64,000 nt of DNA from assembly GCA_051294905.1 (NCBI GenBank), contig CM119371.1, positions 38,008,001 through 38,072,000 of the forward strand, given 5' to 3'. The DNA comes from Botryllus schlosseri (taxonomy: Eukaryota). Below the pieces are notes generated by a model. It was not told the DNA's origin and ran no database searches. It worked only from the letters and a program-made list of their open reading frames with translations. Made by a program: the position numbers and the translations under genes. This document shows positions 39,704-49,791 of this stretch, one piece after another (the first letter of the stretch is position 1; each line of letters begins with the position of its first letter).

Positions 39704-40910
39704 CACGTCAAGTAGTTACCCTCCTTATAGCTTGTAGTTACGGGGCTTTGGAGACATTTATTTCATTGTATTTTATTGCTTGTTTCTCTTGTGTCGTATT
39801 CGTGCTAAGCCTAGTTGTTAAGTCCTTTTCAAAGTGATGCTGGCTGTCGTGTGCTGTTTCAGATTTGCGCATGCACGTTACGAACGCATTTCTACTCGAC
39901 GCGGTGCTCCTGCTTCTACTCCTACGCGTGGCAACTACTCCGATTAGAACATGGAATTGCGATCGATCGATTCGGGCGAGAATACTCCTGAGGCACAATC
40001 TGACGGGTATCACTCAGATGCAAGCACTCGACGTCACACAGTCGACATCGGTACCGAGCGTCCGCTTTTACGACACGAGGAAATTGCTACCGGACCGCCG
40101 CAGTTATTAGCCGACACGACCGACCGAAGCTCAGCTCTCACTACAATCTACACCGGACGCCAACCGGGGTGATCAAATCGTTCCTACCTCAATGGTACAT
40201 GATCGAGAGCTTAATGCCGTTCTGACCCGTCACGATTTACCAGCGGACTCGCCGAAATTGCCGCTTCCAAAGAAGAAGCCCCAACCATAGTAAGTCCTGA
40301 TGCACCGATGAATTCAGGCAATCGCCCTGCCACGGATGAGTAAAGCGGAAGAGCACCGCGCGCGCGTTGATTGAGATAGCCGTCGATTCTATCCAATCAA
40401 AAAATTGTACTTGCGATGTACAATTGTTTTTTTGTAACCGCCACATTGTATATATGGGTGGCCATGGACTGTTGTTAAAGTTGGATAGCCTTCCAGACTT
40501 GGCTGGTGTATTGCACTTGAGCAAGCCTACTGGGATGTATTGTGTATTTGTTTTTTTGTGTTAGGCTACCTATTCTAGTGTATTACTTCGGATAGTGTAG
40601 TGTTGAATAACAATTCTTGCTCTGGTTATCTGGAGTTGTGTTGTATTGTATAGGCTAAATGTAGTTAGTTGTTAGGTCACTATTACTTATTCTAGTGTAT
40701 TAATCTGGAATTGTGTTGTGATCTGCTAGGCTAACTTGTATATTATAAAAGCTGTAGAAAACCTTGTTCACCTCTCGTGTGGTATTAGTGTTGCTGAGTT
40801 GATTTAATTAGTGGAATTGTCTTGGCTAAATGTATTACTGTTGTCTACACCTATACGTATGATAGTTACTTCCGCTTCATTGCATGTTCGCTCCCTCAAA
40901 CAAGGGTCGG

Positions 40911-41489
40911 TGCCGCGGTGTATAGGGTTTATGACAACATTGTATTTCAAACCCATATTAGCATATGACGTTGACTTCTTATTGGAATTATGTCGAGTGT
41001 TATAAGCTCGTGTAAGAGCTGGTGACTGACAACCTCCAAACCTTCATGAACCTAAAAACCACAAGCAGATATCATTCGATCTGGCTTTCATTCGATCAGA
41101 GGCAACCGCTGTCAAACTGGCAGAGTGTTGCAATTTATACCGCTGATACAGCTATGAGACAGATGTGATACACCTGTTGCGGGATTATATGATAATATCC
41201 AACATTGTGTATTTCACGCCATATTAGGAAACGAATAAGACTTCCGATTGCAATGATCACGAGTCTATATAAGCGCATGTTTAGTTGACTCGAGAGGAGA
41301 CTCATTTGCTAAACCTACTTGTAACAACGTCTGAAATATATTCGTATGTCTTGCGTCTATCTGCGTCTTAAGAAGATCTCACCAGGATACAGTACAAGAC
41401 TCCAGGTTAAGTAGTCAGCCAGCTAACCCTATAATACTTTGGTTAGCTATACTTCTACTCACCAGGACACAACCCATTGTATAGCGACA
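40911..41489 (+). repeat. 3' LTR (579 bp)
   Basis: Direct repeat of 35297-35875, followed by TSD GTAC. Confidence 0.95.
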
Positions 41490-43082
41490 GTACCAAGACA
41501 GAGCTTTTGTGTCTAAGCGTGCCCCATAGGTCAACCGAGTCGGCTCACACATATATTCCTAGTTTATCCTTGATAGCTGTATTACTGGTTAGCTGTACTT
41601 TTATGGCTGATTGACAACCGTTAGCTGTCGCTATTGCACCATTTACATATGTGTAGGAGCGGGCCACTTCTGCAGTCCGCGGGGCGTGTGTAGCATAGTA
41701 CCTCGGGCGGTACGAATTGCTGAATCGATACATTATTCGACCACCGATCAACACATACGAGGAATAAATCGTATTCAATGTATTTTGGCAACAGCAATGT
41801 CACTACAAAGCCGTATCTCGCCGATAATAACGAGGACAATGTGGATTTGATAACAGTATTTTTATACAGGCACCGTCATGTCTGCTTCTCTCTAATCAAT
41901 TAACGCGCGGTGCAATACTTAAATAAGGTCTCATAGTGGTCTATAAGCCCGATACCCTAAATTGACAGAGATATCAATTCATTAAGTTGTTTTCTATCGA
42001 CGCTACAGACAAGTACCAGTAAACACAAACCAAATTGTCACACTGTTGCGTCAATTCACCGACGACTCAGTATGAGACCTATCTCGACCAACGAATGTAC
42101 GTCGGGTAACTGAAACAGGTGACCTTGCGTTGTGGGTATTTTCGATAACACCGATACGGCAACTTTATTCTCTCTACTGGTAATGTGATGGAGAGCGGCT
42201 TAATTCATCAGACAAAGATTAGAAGCAACAACTAGCAAACACAAATCTAATGGCCACACCGACATTCACAGGTATTCGATAGACCCTATCGTACCAAGGT
42301 CACCCAACTCTTGTAATCACAGTTATTCGACTGACCCGATCATACAGAGGTAACCCCACTTCTGTAATGGTACGGGTACGAAGCGTTTTGAACGGTGTTG
42401 CTCGGGTCGCGGTTCTTGGCCTTCCAAGACCTTTGTTAGCATCAGTCTATCTCACTGTTTGGAGTGCCGATGTCAAACGTCGTAATAGCGATCACTCGGT
42501 CATGTGTAGAATATAGAAATTGACATCTATTTGCACGACCTCGTGGCTTTGGTAAACTTACTGAAGCGGAAAGTCACTGCCAAGCTGAACATTGATCGAT
42601 CGTTCTCTTGTTAGCGTCGATATTCGCTCGTACGTGCTTTCATGTCTTTGAATGTTTGTTATCGTCGAGTGTGGTCATAAATAGACAGGGGGACAAATTT
42701 GATGCGTTCAACACAATACGCGTTTACCGCATCTCATTCTGGACCGTAACCGATCGTTTACCGCACCTACGATAAATGTCGCATTTTACTCATGGGTAAG
42801 CCGATGATCTGTGAAAACACAGGCGCTAACGTGTCATTTCGTTATTCCTTAAACGTCACATTATCCCCTATCTAGGCTTTTGGGGTGCCCATCAATACAG
42901 TGTTGATCCACCCCACTGCGTGCTATACGCCTCAATAAATATGTTTACTCGAGTTTACACCTGGTGTGGAGCAGTGAAGCGGGTGCAAAAAGTAGATTAG
43001 ACAACACAAACCAGTTGACTACATCGATTAATATACGAGGGTTCATCAATTTTGTCAAGTGACTTTTGAATGGATGTTATTT
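41490..43082 (+). repeat. Left inverted arm, inner continuation beyond the LTR insertion
   Basis: 41490-~41861 mirrors ~48229-48600 (sum 90090). 41955-~43082 mirrors ~45954-47081 (sum 89036). Reconstructed arm length is ~6.3 kb. Confidence 0.93.
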
Positions 43083-44688
43083 GTTTGTTGTTTGATGGAT
43101 AAGATTGTATTCAATCATAAACTACTAATATACTTCTTGTGGTGCTAAACCTGATTATACAAATGAATCAAACAGTATTCCACCAATTGGGAGTAGTTGC
43201 CCGTCGTCGTGATTTATCTCCTAGTTCGCGGTGGTAACGAAGAATGTATAACACGAGTGGAAATCGTACAATAGCGACAATTAACTGTTGTCAGTAGTCC
43301 ACAATAATACAGCTAACAAGTAATCTATAGAGCTTTCAAGAAGAAACTAGGAGTATAAGCGGTTAGCCCTAACTTGTCGTTCCACGACTGATTAATCCGA
43401 TTTTGTCACGATGGGACTCGGTAGTAATTGCCCGTACGATAGAGTAAATCAATCTCAAAACCTAATGGAATCTTAATCCACCAAAATTTCACAAATAAGT
43501 TTTTTTTTCTAAATCCTAATCAATACACATCTTTGGCGTATACGCACAAGTTTTGTCAAAACAACAGATTGATGGAGCGTGGCTGACATTGATTGCGACA
43601 CTCGATCACAGTTCTTCTGGTGGAATTTTTCAACGGTAAATTCAAAGCTAGGTCGAGGGGGTCAAACAGCATTTCTCTCACGGTAGCACTCCGCCGAGTC
43701 AATACATCCATAGTATGATATTTGTCGCAACTATGTTTTGTTGAGGGTGTTGAGGATATTTTGCGGTGTATGTTTTCCACAGGCTGCAAGTTACGATAGG
43801 GGAGGACGTATTTTTATATTTATACCGCTAATTTCATTAGATTGACTAGAAAACAATGTCATTTCTTCTGACTTGACTACCGAAATACCCGTCAATTACT
43901 TTGTGTTGTGCGAGTTAGCTAAATGAAAGGTCACTCACCGAAATTGACCAGACCTACATTTCGCGTTATTCGTGGTGTTTTTTGTTATTTTAAGTTAAAA
44001 ATGAGGACAAATTTACAAAAAAGGAACACATTTGGGCGAAGGTTGTACATATTTGGGAAAAGAAGGAGGATAACCCTATAAATATACGGATCGATGTGAG
44101 CATCAAATGTATCGCATTGCTGTCAATCCACTCGAATATGCGAGTTTAGTCAAACAGGAGATTGATGACTGACACTGTTTGTGTCATACTCGATTGATCA
44201 CAGCTGGTTTGTGTACACCACATCTCATCGAAATTACAAGCATTCGAGTGATGACCGTTGGGTTTGCTGACAGTTAAAGTTGTTATCGTTGTGAGATGGA
44301 TAAGATTTTGCTGATATACTTCGTGTGGTGCTAAACCCTACTACAATAACAACACATGTACAGACAATTCAAACAGAATTCCGGCAATGGTTCGATACAA
44401 AGTTTCACTGTACGCAAATGAATATGCAACGAAACCCCGCATATCGTGTAATGACAGCAGAACCATTTTGCATAGACGGGGGTGGTCACGAATCGGTTCC
44501 GGACCCCCGAATTTCATCGGTTTTGAGTGAAGTCGGACTGGATACGGCCACGTATCTTTGAGAGTCAGATTTATACTAGATTTTATCCTCACAATATGTG
44601 GGAATAACAGGACTTTGCGTATCACCCGGGATTTACTCCAATTCGCAGTGCAAACTGGCTTTCGGTGCACCCGAGAATGCGCGTCCAC

Positions 44689-45654
44689 CAGTGTTGGGAT
44701 CAAGTCACTACCTTCGAGTCACGAGTCATTTCGAGTCATTGCACATTTTGACTCGAGTCAAGTCAAGTCAATCGATTTTCGAAGGTGACTCGAGTCAAGT
44801 CAAGTCAGTCGATTTTTGGAGGTGACTCGAGTCAAGTCGAGTCAAGTCAAGTCAAGTCACGAGTCAAGTCACAATTCAAGTCAAATTGCCGTCTGAGGTA
44901 TGAGACGTGATTACGTCATTGTATTTTGCTAGCTGTCTGAAATACAGATTATAAGTGGTCATTGATTTTGAACCGATGAAGGGATATAGAGTTAAATACA
45001 CACGCAAGTGAGGCGCTGTAGCGCTCACATATAAGTAGAACCAATAAACTACGTAAGTAATTGCACAACCTCAGTTTATAGTTACCAGCCCAAATAGAGA
45101 ATAGAGAAACGAATTGATAAGATGTAATACATTACCCTTTTGCAAATTGATATGATACAATTCGAGCCTGCGCCAATGGTTGAGGACTATATATTTTTGA
45201 ATTCAATTTCAATAAAACAAGAGGTTTGGTTGATAAGTTAAGAACACAGAACAGGAATGGACATTTTGGTATTAAATTACTTTCCTATACTAAAGTCAAG
45301 ACAACGTAGGCTGTAAACTTCGATCACGTCGTTTGCCATCAATATATTTGTGAGAGAACAATGGAGGCTCAGTAAAACGCACGATCATTGAATGATTGGC
45401 TGCTCTCAGGAGACACCAGCGTTGCGCGAGCAATCCGAACATATGCAATGATTTTTATAGACACCGATTACTTGATGACTTGAAATTGACTCGTGAGTTT
45501 TGCTCCGAGTCACGAGTCAATCCACGTTTCTGATACGCCGAGTCAAGTCAAGTCAAGTCATTTCAGCAAAGTGACTCGAGTCAAGTCAAGTCATACGAAA
45601 AAGTGACTCGAGTCTGACTCGAGTCAAGTCATGACTCGAGTCATCCCAACACTG
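44689..45654. mobile_element. hAT-type MITE with GAGTC/AAGTC subterminal repeats in the foldback spacer
   Basis: TIR cagtgttgggat / atcccaacactg. Perfect 8-bp TSD GCGTCCAC (44681-44688, 45655-45662). Confidence 0.92.
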
Positions 45655-47081
45655 GCGTCCACCCCTCCAAACACATAGTTACGGGGTATGGCGGGGACCC
45701 GGAAACTCGGGGTATAGCTTATTAGTAATTCTACCGGATGACTTATTTTAGCACCGGATGATTTTAATGCTTGACGTTTGCCTTGTTTTATCTAACGAGT
45801 GTAAAATTTCAACTAGATGTACGCTGCACAAAGTGTACAGTGTACATACCCCCGACCAGGCAGCAGCGCTCAAAAGTGTGTTTAACCCAACGGAAACACC
45901 GCTAATTACGTTACTATTTCAAACTACAGACAGAGTGGGGGTTTATATGGCAAAAATAACACCCATTCAAAAGTCACTTGACAAAATTGATGAACCCTCG
46001 TATATTAATCGATGTAGTCAACTGGTTTGTGTTGTCTAATCTACTTTTTGCACCCGCTTCACTGCTCCACACCAGGTGTAAACTCGAGTAAACATATTTA
46101 TTGAGGCGTATAGCACGCAGTGGGGTGGATCAACACTGTATTGATGGGCACCCCAAAAGCCTAGATAGGGGATAATGTGACGTTTAAGGAATAACGAAAT
46201 GACACGTTAGCGCCTGTGTTTTCACAGATCATCGGCTTACCCATGAGTAAAATGCGACATTTATCGTAGGTGCGGTAAACGATCGGTTACGGTCCAGAAT
46301 GAGATGCGGTAAACGCGTATTGTGTTGAACGCATCAAATTTGTCCCTCTGTCTATTTATGACCACACTCGACGATAACAAACATTCAAAGACATGAAAGC
46401 ACGTACGAGCGAATATCGACGCTAACAAGAGAACGATCGATCAATGTTCAGCTTGGCAGTGACTTTCCGCTTCAGTAAGTTTACCAAAGCCACGAGGTCG
46501 TGCAAATAGATGTCAATTTCTATATTCTACACATGACCGAGTGATCGCTATTACGACGTTTGACATCGGCACTCCAAACAGTGAGATAGACTGATGCTAA
46601 CAAAGGTCTTGGAAGGCCAAGAACCGCGACCCGAGCAACACCGTTCAAAACGCTTCGTACCCGTACCATTACAGAAGTGGGGTAACCTCTGTATGATCGG
46701 GTCAGTCGAATAACTGTGATTACAGGAGTTGGGTGACCTTGGTACGATAGGGTCTATCGAATACCTGTGAATGTCGGTGTGGCCATTAGATTTGTGTTTG
46801 CTAGTTGTTGCTTCTAATCTTTGTCTGATGAATTAAGCCGCTCTCCATCACATTACCAGTAGAGAGAATAAAGTTGCCGTATCGGTGTTATCGAAAATAC
46901 CCACAACGCAAGGTCACCTGTTTCAGTTACCCGACGTACATTCGTTGGTCGAGATAGGTCTCATACTGAGTCGTCGGTGAATTGACGCAACAGTGTGACA
47001 ATTTCGTTTGTGTTTACTGGTACTTGTCTGTAGCGTCGATAGAAAACAACTTAATGAATTGATATCTCTGTCAATTTAGGG

Positions 47082-48228
47082 CAGTGGTTCTTAAACTTTT
47101 TTGAGCGCGACCCAAATCTGAGTTTCATGATCACCTCACGACCCAAATCTCAAACATAAAAAAATGTATTTTTTGTGTTACCACTCTGCTAATTTTTCAG
47201 ATAAGACACAGACAACCAGTTATAGTACACAGTACTATGAAAGAACAATTTATTAGAGACAGATCATTCATTCAGTGTGATTGATGAAACTGAAAGTTCT
47301 CTTTCATAATATTTTCAATGCACGGCTCTATCTTACTGAGCGCAATGCGCAAATCGTCTCCAGGACCGAGGCGATTGCGAGCCCTGGTTTTAACAACCGT
47401 CAGTGCGGAAAATCCTTGCTCACACAGATAAGTGGTCGCAAATGGGAGCAGAAAAGCCATTGCTTCGTTACCGATTATTGGCTTTTCCTTTTTAACCGAA
47501 GTCCAGAACTCTCCAAGTGACGCAGAGGAAAAAAGAAGTCGATGGAATTGGTCATGATGCAGGTCGATAAACTCTTCCTGTATTCCTGCAACATCCTCTG
47601 GTAAATTGTCAACCCTTGCCAAAAACGGATCTTGATACAAAGCGCGCTCGAATCATGACGCAACGCAGCAGATAATCGATGATCACCTCGCAAATCACAA
47701 TGTATCAGATCAGATGGAAGTAGCAAACAAATTTCGATGACAGCGAGGCATCTTGACCTTAATTACCAAAGCGAGGATGTAATCACGAAAGTGCGCGCAG
47801 ATCATATTACAGCACAGTGGAAGATCTCTCCATTTTGCGCTCAAAGACGAACACTCGAACAGTGAAGACACGCAAATGAATTATAGTCTGTTGCCGTTTG
47901 AAACAAACAATCTGGATTAATTTTGTTTTAAATCAATATGATTTTTACTGTCTGCCAAGATGGTGTAGTATTTTTGGTGTGTGGAGATGGTAAAGACTAA
48001 TTACTGCTCGAGCTTGTGCGATTGCATCATGTGAATAACAGTGGCCTGGCGCAGGCTTAGATTCGCGATCAAAATACATTCCATTCCTTAACTTAGTCTT
48101 TTTAGCAGCTACTGGGCTAAGTAGTTACGCCTAGTGTAGCTGCGCTGCCATTGAAACTCTTAGAAAACCACTTATGATGCAATAATCCACTAAGAAGCTA
48201 AATGAAATGCGTATGATGAAGCAATAAT
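47082..48228 (-). mobile_element. One-ended (truncated) hAT/Charlie-like DNA transposon in the right arm
   Basis: TIR-like cagtggttcttaaactttt begins exactly where arm homology breaks (47082). Contains a transposase remnant. The other end and ~93 bp of arm are missing. Confidence 0.8.
47272..47640 (-). pseudogene. hAT (Charlie/ZBED5-like) transposase C-terminal dimerisation-domain remnant
   Basis: LGEFWTSVKKEKPIIGNEAMAFLLPFATTYLCEQGFSALTVVKTRARNRL...DLRIALSKIEP...QFHQSH* is a typical Charlie-type C-terminus. No N-terminal part. Confidence 0.88.
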
Positions 48229-48537
48229 AAATACTGTTATCAAATCCACATTGTCCTCGTTATTATCGGCGAGATACGGCTTTGTAGTGACATTGCTGTT
48301 GCCAAAATACATTGAATACGATTTATTCCTCGTATGTGTTGATCGGTGGTCGAATAATGTATCGATTCAGCAATTCGTACCGCCCGAGGTACTATGCTAC
48401 ACACGCCCCGCGGACTGCAGAAGTGGCCCGCTCCTACACATATGTAAATGGTGCAATAGCGACAGCTAACGGTTGTCAATCAGCCATAAAAGTACAGCTA
48501 ACCAGTAATACAGCTATCAAGGATAAACTAGGAATAT

Positions 48538-49791
48538 ATGTGTGAGCCGACTCGGTTGACCTATGGGGCACGCTTAGACACAAAAGCTCTGTCTTGGTAC
48601 TTCATGTTTATGAAAGAGCTTGGCATTAGGTCAATGGAGAGATACTCTGATCCACCCGGACAGAAACGCGTGTATATCGCTTCCGGTTCACACCGCAGTG
48701 AATTGTACAGACTCGCCACGTTCGCCAAATTCTCTAAAGTATCATACGCGACACGCACCGATTTAGCGTCTGAAGGATACTACTGGCTAGGATTTGAAGA
48801 CAAAATCAAATGCTTTGGATGCAGTGTATACCTCGAAAGATGGACCGGGTCGAGTGCACGGCGTCATGACGCGAATTGTGTACGAGACGCGTTGAACATA
48901 CCTATTGTGAAATCGAATTTCAAAAGTTTATTGAGACAGTGTAAAGCCGTTGGAAACGCCAACATCAACTTTGCGAATATCGTTGATCAAGAGCACGAGT
49001 ATCGGGTTAGGAATCTCGACTTGCGAAAGGAGTCGAAGCGTCGCGAAACCTTTGAGAAATGGCCCAGCTATCCCATACCACGGGCGGTCGGCGAGTTGGC
49101 AAAACAAGGTTTATTCTACCTCGGTGACCTGGACAGAACGCAGTGCTTCAACTGCTCCGGCGTTCTCCGCAATTGGAGGCCTACAGACGATGTATCTGAA
49201 ATACACTTGACGTATCACCCGGGTTGTTGTTTCGCACGTGGCGACGATTCGGGGAATGTGGCGCTAACCGAGCACGAACGAGACAATTTGGATAAGTTGC
49301 TCGGCGACAAAATACGACGTCTCACACTGCATCTACAAGAACCACGGGAACCCTCCGAGGACGAAAAGCGATGTCTTGAGCAACTATTTCCTTGTCTTAA
49401 CCCCGTGAATCCTCTCATGTCGTCGTTGTCAAAAAGAATCGCAACGTTCGACAAGGGCTGGGAACCGAATAAAATTAAGGCTAGTGTTGAACAGTTAGCA
49501 AAAGCGGGGTTTTACTACATTGATTCGGACAGAACCAAATGTTTTTACTGTGGCGGCGGGCTTCGTTGGGACCGGGGAGACGAGGTTTGGACAGAGCATG
49601 CAAAATGGTTTCCGCAGTGCGAATACGTAATCCGAACGAAAGGTATCGAGTTTGCGCAACGTATCGAAAAGACACACCCGAATCTCAATCGTCCTGTGAT
49701 TAGAAACCCCATAACCAGACAAGAGTTGATCAAACGCCAAGAATTGGTCTGCGGAAACGTCACTCGCGCGATCGATCTATGCGTTAAATAG
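48538..49791 (+). CDS. IAP: Inhibitor of apoptosis protein with 3 BIR domains, no RING, intronless (417 aa; alternative start 48604 gives 395 aa)
   Basis: BIR1: ELYRLATF...LASEGYY...CFGC-x14-H-x3-C (atypical spacing). BIR2: RRETFEKWP...LAKQGLFY...CFNC-x16-H-x6-C. BIR3: RIATF...LAKAGFYY...CFYC-x15-H-x6-C (WTEHAKWFPQC). Single uninterrupted ORF. Confidence 0.95.
   Translation: MCEPTRLTYGARLDTKALSWYFMFMKELGIRSMERYSDPPGQKRVYIASGSHRSELYRLATFAKFSKVSYATRTDLASEGYYWLGFEDKIKCFGCSVYLERWTGSSARRHDANCVRDALNIPIVKSNFKSLLRQCKAVGNANINFANIVDQEHEYRVRNLDLRKESKRRETFEKWPSYPIPRAVGELAKQGLFYLGDLDRTQCFNCSGVLRNWRPTDDVSEIHLTYHPGCCFARGDDSGNVALTEHERDNLDKLLGDKIRRLTLHLQEPREPSEDEKRCLEQLFPCLNPVNPLMSSLSKRIATFDKGWEPNKIKASVEQLAKAGFYYIDSDRTKCFYCGGGLRWDRGDEVWTEHAKWFPQCEYVIRTKGIEFAQRIEKTHPNLNRPVIRNPITRQELIKRQELVCGNVTRAIDLCVK

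Larger units (their letters stand above)
35297..41489 (+). mobile_element. Non-autonomous LTR retrotransposon, Ty3/Gypsy-like by its 4-bp TSD (6,193 bp)
   Basis: 579-bp direct repeats TGCCGC...GCGACA at 35297-35875 and 40911-41489. TSD GTAC at 35293-35296 and 41490-41493. PBS-like tgatgacccgag at 35876 resembles a tRNA-Trp PBS. Purine-rich aaacaagggtcgg precedes the 3' LTR. No intact gag/pol ORF. Confidence 0.9.

Noticed and set aside
44700..44885. GAGTC/AAGTC arrays (also ~3680-3830, 24570-24735, 45530-45645) as CRISPR-like arrays
   Set aside because: These are short degenerate subterminal repeats of hAT MITEs with no unique spacers, no cas genes and a eukaryotic context.
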